In this document: in pieces, positions 27,075-39,044 of the stretch
Position numbering within the stretch: position 1 is the first letter of the stretch
How the letters are laid out: each line of letters opens with the position of its first letter
Made by a program: the position numbers and the translations under genes
NCBI GenBank assembly: GCA_003693705.1
Contig: RBZT01000375.1
Location: forward strand, 1-64,000
DNA: 64,000 nt
Origin: Polymyxa betae A26-41
Lineage: Eukaryota > Protista > Endomyxa: Phytomyxea
Direction: 5' to 3'
Notes under the pieces: model-generated
What the model was told of the DNA's origin: nothing
Databases searched by the model: none
The model's input: only the letters and a program-made list of their open reading frames with translations

Positions 27075-27700
27075 GGACAATGGGCATTAGATGGACGTCA
27101 AATAGCAGAATCTACATCTGATGGATGTATTGAAATATGTCATTCATCTCATAACTGCAAAATGTTACTGCTACTAACATCACCATCACCTGCTACATCT
27201 ATTAGATTTCGACATCAGATTTTACATCCGATTTATTACAACATGTACTAGCTGCTACATATATTACTGGACCTATTCGCTATTGCTCAATCTCATTTTC
27301 AATCTGGTGCTAAGATACGTCATCAAACTGGACGTGATAATCAATGAATGGCGTTAGATTATAGTAAGAGATGCTCTAATGTTAGTTACTGCTGGTAAAG
27401 ATCGTTTCGTATAAATGATGAGACTACTGGCTCTATTATACGTACATCATCTGGACATACTAATAGAACATTCTCTACGAAGTATCATCAAGATCGATTA
27501 ATAAAATTAGCTGTTGGATGGGATGATACTGTAGTTCCACTACCTTTATTAGTAACAGTTGTATTTAATAGTTGTGATAGGTACGCCTATGGGATAAACG
27601 TGCTTTCCCAGCTGGATTAATACATGGACCACATATATGTGGTGATGCTATTGATATGAAACGACATGAAGTATTAACTGGATCATTGGATTAATAAAGA
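27075..27700 (+). pseudogene. WD40-repeat protein pseudogene fragment
   Basis: Frameshifted and stop-interrupted motifs: W-ALDGRQIA...DG, MALDYS, SGHTNRTFSTKY, GWDDTV|intron|VRLWDKR, HGPHICGDAID...VLTGS. AT-rich. Confidence 0.7.
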
Positions 27701-27938
27701 TCAAATTTATGCAGTTCAGACCAGTCTCAATGATATAGGCAAATGCGATTACGTAGAGAGGGGGATATAGTGCAGGCAACATCGCGATACCAGAGTCTAG
27801 GATTTTCCAAATTAGTTGTTGTATGGGAATTTCATGCTGTTAGCTGTTGAGAGATGAAGCATGGGTTTATCTCTTTCTTTGGAGCAGGCTGGCTGATTTG
27901 CTGTATCAAACTCTCTTAGTCACGGTAGGATATGGTGC

Positions 27939-27988
27939 TTTGTAGTTAGGTATGTATATGAATTTTGTAGTTAGGTATGTATATGAAT
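27939..27988. repeat. 25-bp tandem duplication in the syntaxin 3' region
   Basis: tttgtagttaggtatgtatatgaat x2. Confidence 0.8.
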
Positions 27989-28017
27989 TTTTTATGGAAT
28001 AGATATATTATACTAGG

Positions 28018-29168
28018 TTAAGCGATAAACCCAATAAAGAATACAGAAAAAATTATGAGGGCTAGGAAAATTTTAATGATTAGTCCTCGGTTGGATCTCA
28101 TTCTATCCCAGTACATAACCAGTTGTTCATGAGCGCCTTCCACATTTCCCATTGTTAAAACAACATTATCGTCAATTCGACGTATTTGTTCTCCTTGCAT
28201 TGAGACAATCGTCGCTAACCGCTGGTACATTTCACCTAACTCCTGAATCGTTGAATCGATATTGGTGATGGCGTTCGATCTGCTTTGTAGATACGCATCA
28301 GCATTTGTGGAAGATGCCGGCAACAGAGCCTGCGTTTGTTCGGCATGTATCTGATCCTGAGAAGCTGAAGGCGACATTGCAGCTGACGAATGCATATCTT
28401 TGATAGCAACTCGATGTTAATCAGCCGATATAACCACGATATCAAAAGAGTGCATTACCTGGTCGATGGCGCATACCAAATCCAGAAGAACTGGATAAAG
28501 CAGAATACTGGCCCCTGCGCGTATCCTGCGATCTCATATTGGCAGAGCGAACTTTCAGCACGTCTTGAAACATCTTTGCCTGGTCGGCAATTTTGGTCTT
28601 GAGATCCTTCACGACTCCCATCGTATGCCCATCAGCCTAATGAAATCAGAATGTGTTCGTCTTCAACAAAACGATAAATCTGACTTGTTTGGCTCCGGTC
28701 TGGTGCTCCTCACCGTATTTCGCTAGGATATCAATCTCACTTGAAATCGTATTGAGATCCGTTTTGATAACCTCAGTTAGCTGAGCTATCTTATCACTTG
28801 GCAAGACAAAATGTTGGTAATAGAATTCAATTAAACTTGTCCAGAACTGACCTCGGATCATTGAAAAGTTGCCGAGTCTGGGCGATCTTCGCCAGGCTTT
28901 CTAACTTTGTTGTTGTGTTGATAATCATTCGGTTGATTTCTAAAGCTGCTTTGTTGAAATTGATAGAAGATGCTGGAGTAGGCGGAGCAGCGGTGTTCAC
29001 AGCCTTTTGTTGTGTAATGAATCACAGTGAAATCGGTGAAGAAGACATTACCTCAGGTACTGATCTTTGACGCCTAAACGAATCTGCAGTAGAGAAAAAT
29101 TCGGAAGTCCTATCATGTGCCCCGTGACCGCCTTGGTTAGACCCAAGCGTACTTCTCCATGTTGACAT
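28018..29168 (-). CDS. STX5: Syntaxin 5 (Sed5/SYP3)
   Basis: N-terminal HDRTSEFF, LEKLAK-type/LFNDP Habc segment, SNARE motif SRSNAITNIDSTIQELG...IRRIDDNV and TM NRGLIIKIFLALIIF. An alternative in-frame ATG lies at 29186. Confidence 0.93.
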
Positions 29169-29379
29169 GGAGCTATTCTGATTCATCAGGTTTTGCTGGC
29201 AATGCCCCTATAATTCGGGCTTGTAAGTGCCGTCGAACCGATAATAATCGGCGACAATCAAGAACGGCCCTCTGGCTCTGCTTCTTCTCGAGAAAATTTT
29301 CTGAAACCGACGACTGTTAAGGAGGCCGCGCCTCCGGGTATCCTTATTTCGAAAAGCAATTTTTTTGATTTTTCCACAA

Positions 29380-29810
29380 TCAGATCTGACGGTGACGGCT
29401 GAGCTCGGCTTTAGCCAAGACATTTAGATCCCCGAAGTGTTCGATGTATTTTGCCAACGGGTACGGCAGTGTTCGCAGAATCTGATTTTTGGCGATGTTT
29501 GTGGAATTACAAAACGGAAATCGATTGCTTCGCAGGAAGTCTGCCTTTTTGAAGCTTTCGGATCGAATTGTGTAAGGTTTGACAAACTGTAGCATTCACA
29601 ACCAGTACCTTTTGTACAAATACCTCGCAAATTATAAGACCATTCTTCGTGAATCTATCGTCAAGGAACACACCAACGAACGCCAAGCCCGTGATACAAG
29701 GAGTGGAACAACGTCAGCAATCGATGAAATCTGACAGAACTGCCAGACAACGGTCGAAACGTGATGGTCGCCGATTTCTATGATGATGAAGCAATCGTCA
29801 TAGAGTGAAC
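29380..29810 (-). CDS. Possible small protein with an F-box-like segment (5' end unresolved)
   Basis: Frame HVSTVVWQFCQISSIADVVPLLVSRAWRSLVCS could splice to ORF 29380-29595. No clear start codon. Confidence 0.22.
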
Positions 29811-29969
29811 TGAAAGAATTGGGATGTAACGTATAACAGAGTGGGTGGCATATATTCCCCCGTTACACTCGTTATGGCGCCCAGTTTTCGGCTGGGGCGG
29901 TCTCGACCCCAAAACCCTCTTGGGGCGCCCCCATAACAACATTCGGGCATTTCTTGTGTACATCAAGTA

Positions 29970-31204
29970 ATGCAGGCCGATCCCATTTCCAGTCAGTCCA
30001 GTATCGTTCTGGAATCCGGTCTCAGACAGATCATATCCAGCGCCGTTGGTGATCATGAATCCACCGATAACGCCATCGCAGTCATCACTACAGTACGTTT
30101 CCCGCATCAACGCCTGCCGCCTTGATAACATCATCGACACAGTTCATCCAAACCTTGACAACCTTGGTGCAGCTCCTACCGAACTTGACATCGATTCGTC
30201 ATTCCAATGAACTGATGAAGAAGTATGTCAGTTCATGCCAGGCTGCTATACAGGCTGAAAGCCTGGCAATTCTTCAATCGAAATATTCCACCGAACTAAG
30301 CAACATTCCCGAAGAACTGTCTCTTTCGAACCAAGGGTCTCCAATCAGAAGCGCATCCCCGGATTTGAAAATCCCACAGCTGCGAGCTAAGACAGCGCCT
30401 CGACATTCGCTTCTTCAACCTACCCGAAGAAGCTTAACAATGGTTCGGCGTAAATCGGTCGAGCCTGATATGTCGCTTTCTGCTTCGTGTTTTCGCATGA
30501 ATTCTTCAAGTTCCGTTGATCCCGGTTCCAACAATATTCCTTTACATCCTACTAGATCGAATTTGTCAGCACAACTTCGTCGCAGCAAAACGTTGGATGT
30601 CAGCAGAAGTGTCGATCTCAGTGCAGCGAAGCGGTCATCAAGCTCGTATTCTTTCGCTGCAGCGTCGACACCAAGGACCACAAACGAAAGAAGCAAAAGG
30701 GTAGCCTCTGCTCGTCGCTTGACGGAAGGCAATATAACGACAAGAAGGAATAGCGACATCCAGCAATTGAGCGACGCATCTATCGATGTATCTCGAAGCG
30801 TCGATTGGGGGAGCTTCACATCGTCGACCAGCAGCTCTAACGCTCCAAATGACGACCTTGAGATAGACGATCAAGTTCAGAAGCAGACAAAGGTGAAAGC
30901 TCCATCTAGGACACGGTCGCTTCTCTCAAGGTTACTTCTAACGGATTCTGAAAAGCGTCGAGCTTCACAGGCTGAAGCTGTAGCTGTAACTTTTCATTTT
31001 CAGTGTATTATCGTATTGATTGACTGTAACACAGAGTAAGGAGAATGAAAAAAGAAATTCGGAATTTCTGCAGAATGTTGAGGAGCTTGTCGCCAAATCG
31101 TCTCCGGTAAGCTGACGATGCGTGTTTTATCTCGAGCTGCTATAACCTTGTTCGCTCAGTACGATGAAGTATTTGCAACTCGGACCAAGATTCTAAACGA
31201 GTAG
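29970..31204 (+). CDS. Hypothetical Ser/Arg-rich protein
   Basis: ATG at 29970 (MQADPISSQ) splices via GT-AG into the 305-codon ORF and two short terminal exons ending TAG at 31204. Confidence 0.65.
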
Positions 31205-31288
31205 CTAAATCTTATTTTAACCCTACCCATGTTCACAGGGATTGTCATCAATACACTGATTAATTTAATTAAGCTTAGACGCCTAAAT

Positions 31289-34200
31289 CTAAAATGCAAA
31301 TCCGTTTCCACAGTAGGGACAGCGATAAATTTGGTTCGGCGTGCTTGCACTAATATTGGAAATTTGGAGGCAGGTAGGACAGTTGACCTGAACAATAATT
31401 AGCCTATTGGCAGAAAACAAGTTGAATAAGGCATAACGTACTGTTATTGTCTGCACTGTTGCGCCAGCAGTATTACTCGCAGCCCTGAATAATAGCTCAG
31501 CAAGTTTCCAAGTTATAAAAATGTGCTATTACTGTTGCTGAGTTGCTGTTGCCGCTCCCGAGCGAATTGCCGCCAATTCATCTGCATTCAAGTTAAACCA
31601 ATGACAACTATTAATCACTCATTGTATTTCATTACCTGATGCAGGTGGCTCAACCTGCATTTGAAGAAGCGATGCTGTTTTTACAAATGCATCCTGATAC
31701 TGTAGCTGATCATGCATATGGTACCTTTATATGAACCTCAAAACTCAGATTTTGCAAAAAGAGCGTTGTCGTTTACGAATCTATGCGGTATCCTGCACGA
31801 ACTGCATCGAGATAGGTCATGGAGTCATCAACCTTTTCGATTGGAGCGATCTTGCTTGAACGACGACAGCAGCAGAGCAATTTCGGTAATTTGAACAGTA
31901 CCTGGGTTCCAGTTCTCATCAACCAAACAAGAGATGCAACTCAATTACGTTCTGGCCCAGTATGACAGCAACAATCACCAGAAAGATGAATGCATTGAGG
32001 GAAGTTAACCGCTGTCCAAATTCGTCATTCTGCGTGGCACCGATTCACATTGATAATACAATCAAGATACGACTTGGATTACCGATTCTGAGGCATTGGG
32101 GTTAATGCTCTCCGATGACAATGTTGCCGGATAAGAATAGATCCATAAAGCCATCGCACAGTGAACAAATACCGCCCATTTCATGATAGATACAGCATAT
32201 TCGCCAAGTGTTTGATCCATCATAGGTGGATAGCGATGCAAACGTAACAGAGCGATCTGGGAAAGGTTAAATATGAAACATTAGCTGGCATCAATAAATT
32301 AACGAACTAGTCAAATCCAATCCAATCCAGCTGAATATGGCCATACCTTATCGAATAAACGGGTAAACATGAGAGTCAATGAACACGTGAATAGCATCAG
32401 AGGAATTCCCGAAGAATACAAAAGCGAGACGAACATTGTGTTTAGGACTGCAGCGTACCGGTCCGATAGGACAAAACTTGGCCCAGAGTACAGTTCGTTC
32501 AGATCCTAAATTCAAGTCAATGGAAACGTGTGAAATCAGTAGAAACCACTCGACTTTCTGGGTCCTCATCTTGTTGCGTCGACAGAATCTCTTTATTGCC
32601 GAGATCGGTATCTGAATGACTGGCATAATATGAGGGTTAATGACGTTAAGCGTCATCGTTAACATAACAGAAACGCCCACGTCTCGGTACCAATCCGAGT
32701 TCACATCGCTATATGATCCATTGAAGATCTCGCCGAGGTGGAACCGCGAGAGATTGCCATTCATCAACATGATAATGATTCCTGAAATTCTAGTTCACTT
32801 TTATCGAGTAAACCCGTCGAACACGAACCAGTATTGATGAAAAGAGCGACGAATAGTTTCTCAGTAATAGCTTTCTCCTGCGACGATAGCGTGTTGTGCT
32901 TTTCGAACCTGACAAGTACGACAATCATTGTCTTCAGAAACATGTTCACAACGAAGATGGTAACTGCTATTAGCGCTGTCAAAAGCTAACATATTCAGTT
33001 AGAGATCATGAGCGAGTAAGAGAAATTGAGTACCTTCGAAAGCGCCAAGTTCGCTGCCCATTGCTGGCAAAGATCCTTGTTATCGACAAGTTGCCGCGAC
33101 AGCAACGACGCACAATAACAATCGACGCCAACTCCCCTCAGGGCGTCATCTCGTGTTGGTGCAGGAGCAGTACATACAGCCGCATCTGTTTTCATTTGTT
33201 TCTGCTTTTGAGAGGCCTAAACTGGAGTCAGTGGAGCAATTAAGGTTTGAGGATCCGCACAAGAAAGATGATTGTCAAAGAAACCAGCATGATGACGACA
33301 GTGGCGAACGATGTTAACATGCGACGACATTGACGAGACGTGCCGGAGTACTTCAAATTGTGGAATAAAATGTTCGACGGCTCTGTACAGGGGATATGTT
33401 TTCCGACGAATAAGCAGTGTGAGATTCAAACCGATTGCTGGATGCACCAGAATCCGTTTCCCTTTGAACCGTAACCGTCGCTTCATGCAGAGACGACTCC
33501 AGCTACAGTCACCTCAGTCACTGCAGCAGAATCATTCCCTTAAAAAATTGCACCATGAATTAGGATAGCTGGCCAAACAGCTTTTTCTGGAGGCAGCCGA
33601 ATCAAACGATATGTAGGCATCGACAGGCATGCGTCGAAACCTGGACTAAAAACAAACATCAAATCTATTGTTGAGAAATAACATCGTGATATAATTTACC
33701 TTAAAGGCGTCGATTTTTTTATCAAACGACTCACATTTAGCTTTAAGTTTCGATAGCTGCGAGGCGCCATCCGGTGTATCGCTGATCGATCTAAGTTGGG
33801 CCATCTGATGCTTCAACTTTCCACGTTCAATGTACATTTCGACAAGATCACTATCGTTAAACGAAATGACGGCATCAACAACTTTGCCCCATCGATCCTA
33901 AGCTTGTTATCACAAATTGGAAAACCCATCGAAACTCGGCAAACCTGGAAGAAATGATAGAGCTCCATACGATCGGTTAACTTGTTTGGTAGATTCTTCA
34001 CACGAACGGTGAAATCGGCAGCCGTTACTGCATTGCTTTCGCTCTGTTCAGCTTCCTTTCGCTGTGCTCGTTGCATTCTCCAGACTGGTCCATACAGTTA
34101 TATTGGTTTCGTAGCAAGTCCCAGCTAACTTACTGCTGAAGAGAAGATACGCTACAATAGCGACATCGAATGATACGATAATGGTACTTAGCGTTCGATT

Positions 34201-34715
34201 TGTCACTGTCCTATTGGTGAAAGGAATAGGGACGTCTTCAGATGATGGTCCGACTGCCCCCAACATTGTCTTTTCGACGAAGAAATCTGTGGATGCAATC
34301 CGCCTAGTCTACAACAATAACTATCTATCATTGCAAATCCTGTCCGATAAGTTATTACCCAAATGCTGATGGCTATTTGTGGCAAAGCCAGTAAGCAAGC
34401 GACCATAAAGGTTCGCTTCAGCCGCAATAGCATGCGGAAGTAGAGGAGGATGCCAACGCCAAACTCGCCAAAATTGTCGAACGATATTATGGGATCTGCT
34501 CTGGTTTAATAAAGATCACCAATGGCTGGTTGAGACCGACATGGGACATATGCACCATCGATTCGCTTTCGAGGCATCGTTTTGTTCCTGTAATTGATGG
34601 CGGCCTGTAATGAAACAGTTTCCTCATCCTATACGAAGTGTCAATTAGATGAGACTAGAAAATGGATAACTACCTGGTCGGGTTTCGAGACTTTGATGGC
34701 GACCGACTGTTCCAT
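31289..34715 (-). CDS. TMC/OSCA(TMEM63)/anoctamin-superfamily multi-pass membrane protein with C-terminal zinc ribbon
   Basis: FGVGILLYFR, VTAADFTVRVKNLP, FEKHNTLS...KLFVALFINTG, YSDVNSDWYRDVG, TQKDLNELYSGPSF and RYPPMMD. Last exon reads CPTC...CPYC. Confidence 0.8.
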
Positions 34716-35619
34716 TTTAGGGCACCGGCAGGATAGAAGATGGGTATTTCTATTCAAAGCCGTACCCGGTCGCCACCCGGCCCAGAAGGCGATCATGAAG
34801 ATCGCAGCCAGTCACCGACAACAGGTTTGTTGCCCATGCCGAACTCCAGACTTTGAAATCTTTACTATTGTTCAAAGTTCAACGCGAACATAGCTCTATC
34901 AGATTCGTCTCTGGCCGCAAACTGCCTCTCAGTAAAGTAACGTTTTGCACGTTTGCGGCCTTGCGGGTGCCAAATGTCTCAGATGGACGGGCAAAATCGC
35001 TCCCAAATGCTGATTCGTCACGAATGAAATGTTTACGTACCACGAGAGCACCTATACTGCAGCGAACGACTTTTTATCGTTCGATGTTATCTAAATTGGG
35101 CAGCATACAATATTTCTAACCAAGTATATTTGTACGGTAGGTTTGATTTTTATTTTTTGCTTTTAGGTTACTGATATCCTTACGTACCTACTGATACATT
35201 AACGACGCACTCAGCTCTATTCAGATTGAACTAAAAATTGCAATGCTGATGTATTCTATTATTTAAGTTGGTTTTGCATGCGTAGAACCGCTGACTAATC
35301 TCACTTAGAGATTACGCTACAGGTTTCTGTTGATCTCTTGTATTGGATGCTGTAATCTTTTGTTTTGTATTGACAGAAAGCAAGAAGTTATCATGGTTTT
35401 TGGGAACAAAAGTTCATTTTCGAAAACTGTCTACGGATTTATGCAGTTCTTAATAATGCTACACTGATACAATCAACGAATCGTGGTCATCAATAGATTG
35501 AATTTTATTGAATTCCACATGATATTGGATAGAGCCTGAGATTACAAGTGCTTGTAAACGCAAATATCACTACGAAAAGATTACACATAAGTCATAGTTA
35601 GATGAGAATTGTACTAAAT

Positions 35620-36443
35620 TTATTTATAAATTTTTTTCAATTTAAACTTGAAATCGGGCGCCCGGCGGACGGCGCCGGACTGGGAGAGCCCAGGCTTACC
35701 CGAGCCCGAACTTGAGGTGTCGGGCTCGGTGCTGTCGCCAGTTGTCGGCTCTCCCTCCGAGGCCTCCAAATCGACGAAGGGGTCGATCTTCTGTAACAAA
35801 ATATGATTCTGGTTAGGGTTAGCGAACAATGGTGGAACAGTTACCTGTCTGAGTGGAGGCCTCGGGGTGCTCGGATGATGAGCGGCCATTCATCATCCGA
35901 GACCACAATCCGGCGCCGCTTGGGTAGGAGGAATAGTCCAAGTTACATGCAAAGGAAATCAGACAGCATTTTCGGCGACTCGCTATGTTGTCTGCCCCTA
36001 CAGAACGAGACACCTTGATTATTAGTTTCTAAAGCTTATTAAAAGGTCTTACCTGGTTTCTTTGAGTTAGGTTAGGATATATAAAGAATTAGAGCAGGCA
36101 AGTCACTGGGACAGCAGACTGCCATCGCCGTATACCCAGAGAGGAGATAGTCTCCATCTCCAGTGCAGATAGAGGCGCCCGGGCGCCCAGAAAGGGCGCT
36201 TCCGCCAGATGGCCGAGCAGCTCCCTGGTCAAAGCATACGGGAAGACTGCTACTGCCCGGCCAGCAGCCACTGGCTATCTGGCCGGCGGCTTGCCTCACT
36301 TCGCTGAACAGTCCTGAGATGGCATCCATGTTTTCAACTGTGGAGATGTCACAGTAACTTGATATCGTTTCATGAGGGATCCCTGTCGCTCCTTCTACAA
36401 CAGAGAGGGCTGCTCTCATTGCTTCCAGTCTTTCAGCTGCCAT
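35620..36443 (-). pseudogene. GC-rich, intron-containing, apparently frameshifted ORF (TE-associated or orphan gene relic)
   Basis: ATG at 36443 and GT-AG intron-like segments, but coding-looking pieces (KRRRIVVSDDE, FVDLEASEG) fall in different frames. An element is inserted 15 nt upstream of the ATG. Confidence 0.35.
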
Positions 36444-36458
36444 GGCTTGGATGGAATG

Positions 36459-37565
36459 GCGTGCAATTAAATATCCCTCTGCGCGCTCGCAGTTTAATCT
36501 CGCAGAATCACTTTCTCTAAATCTTGTTTAGTTTTCGCTTTTATTTTTGCAATCTTATCAGTTACGTATCATTGTTTTCAGAATTCTCCAAGTACGTTCG
36601 CTTTTCATGTGCTTACTCCAACGAGAAATTGCCGTTTACCTGTTTTGCGCTACTGGCGATGCTCTTGTTTTCAGAAGCCCTTTTTCTTAGGCAAGAGAAT
36701 ATTAGTTGGAAATGCATTTCACAATAATATTACAGTAAATAAAGCAAATATTGAAATGTTTTTTATATATCAAATGATATTTGCCTTGTTAATTGCACAC
36801 GACGGATCTTGCAACAGCTATGAACGAACTTATTCACGATGCGCTATCCAAATGGATTTCTTGAAATCCGTTTTGCTGCAAAAAAAAACGAAGAAAAACA
36901 AAAACAGGAATCGACAAGAATCAATTGAACAGTATGATAATTAATGATTTTTGACGATATAAGGACTTTAAAGAGAGATTTCACCGTAATGGTAATCAAA
37001 TCCATTTGAATGAGGAACAGAAAATTTGAAAAGTTTGACACGATTATCAATAAAATGGATAGCTAACAGAATCTGATTGAAAAAAGACTCCGGTTTTGAG
37101 AGATGCCATCTTCTAGTGAGACAATTTGTCCGGATTCAAATGAATCAGCAATGTAGTTCGACTCCGGACAATAACAGCAAAGAAAGTTGCAGATGTTAGG
37201 TGTTAAAAGACTTTCTTTATGCTGCGACGAAAGTGCTTCGGAAAAGAATCTACATAATTTCAATTAGCTGGGCGGACAATGACAGTTTTTCAAATGTCGA
37301 TTTAATAAATGCTTCCTTTTTAAAGACTTCTGGCAACCATATTCGGTGCAGGGGAGACCGCAACGTTACATAATCGCCAAAAGGACAAACGAAACAAACG
37401 GAAACTAGTAAGCGAAGGATCGAGAAAGACGGTAGCAAATGAGATACGAGCACTTTATGTTTTTGCCTGTACCGGTACTTTCAGTATTAGTAATATTCTG
37501 CGAGGTTAAACTGCGAGCGCGCAGCCCAGCGCAGCCCGGACGTTGAGGGATATTTAATTGCACGC
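36459..37565. mobile_element. Non-autonomous DNA transposon with 9-bp TSD (Mutator/MULE-like), 1107 bp
   Basis: Inverted termini GCGTGCAATTAAATATCCCTC...TGCGCGCTCGCAGTTTAAYCTCGCAGAAT (36459-36508 vs 37495-37565; the right copy carries a ~21-nt insert). Direct repeat GATGGAATG at 36450-36458 and 37566-37574. AT-rich interior with no long ORF. Confidence 0.85.
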
Positions 37566-39044
37566 GATGGAATGGGGTTACGTCACTGTGACGACGCAAC
37601 GGGAACAAGATGCGACGGCAGAAGATGGTGGAACACATTGGTCTGCGGCTGACTGTCAGTGAGGGTTGAAAGCAGATGCTGAATTTGGCTTACCAATAAC
37701 AGAATGAGCCCAACAAAGGCCATAAACCGCCTTAAACGGTCAATTTCGGCGCCAAATTTGCCCAGACTGTGCAATTGGCTGCGCCACCATCGCCTTGCCT
37801 GCATAGTCTAGAAATAGAATGTCTTGGTACTGAATGGGACTTACGTCTTGCACACAAGTTCGCATGTTCGTGCCGGCCTTGTCCCTGACGCGCAAGTAGA
37901 GCTCTTTCTTGGTATGAAACTACTCTGTGAACTGGCGCCGGGTCTTGGGATTGACGGCGTGCCATCCTCGTTGGTGGTCGATCTCTTGCCTCTTGGAGCT
38001 TCTTCCTCGCAAGCAGAGATGGATACCATCAGATATAGCTCCTCAATCTTCAAGTTTTCGTCCGAGATCTCCATATCGATGAGTTGTGCTGGACCTCGCC
38101 TATCGTCAGTATTAGGCTGATATAGAAATCCGATCCAAAGCATAGTAATTGTAATACACAGCCCTGAAATATCAACCGTCGCTGGTTGCGGTTCGTTGAA
38201 AATGCTCTTCATCGTCACAAGAGAATGCAATACCAGACAGCGCCCATCACCGCCAATACGGTGACTGCTTTGGATGGGGTTATCGTTAATGCCTTCAGAA
38301 AAATTCGAATTGGATTTCAATGAGTGGCAAGCCCCATAACCCCACCCCATTGAGTGTGCGATTGATGACTGATATGCTTATGCACACAAAACAGAGTTGC
38401 ACTGAATCCCGTTTCCTTATCTACAGCTATTGTACCATTCAGAGATCCGAGTCTGAACACAACTATGGGGGTCATTGTCGGCGTACATCGTCCGCCTGCT
38501 TGGATTATGTAGATATCTTCGTTAATCGATGGGTATGCTCATTCGATAAGTTCTTCAGTAACAATGCTCGATATTTGTCGACAGAATGTCGATCAATTTG
38601 CGAATTTTCGTCACGAAACCAAGACGCCTTCCCAGTCAGTGTTTTCACTTCCAACAAAGGATAAGGTTTATCGCGAGAGTCGCTGTTTGTATTATAAATC
38701 GAGAATAACGATTCGCCTACTGTCACTGAAAGGAATAGGCCTTAGCCTCCAATGTCAATGTTTTCGGATTGCCAATTCAGAAAATCTAAAATTATATCAA
38801 CTCAATTACGAGCTTATCTTAATGTTCCATATTTGATGCGCTGGAATACCTCCTATTCTCACTACACAATGATTGATAATGGCAAACTGCTATTGTAAAA
38901 AAAGTTCGTCCATTTGAGAATAAGATTTCGCGGTTTTGCATGAGGTTCGAGAAATATCTGGATCGAACCCGAACTCGTTGTTTTTGTTGGAAGCGCCTTC
39001 TATAATCTCAGCGACATTGATTGCATGTGCAGTCTCCAAGAGCC

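Noticed and set aside
35568-35600. CACTA (EnSpm) element from CACTACGAAAA
   Set aside because: No matching right terminus or 3-bp TSD was found nearby.
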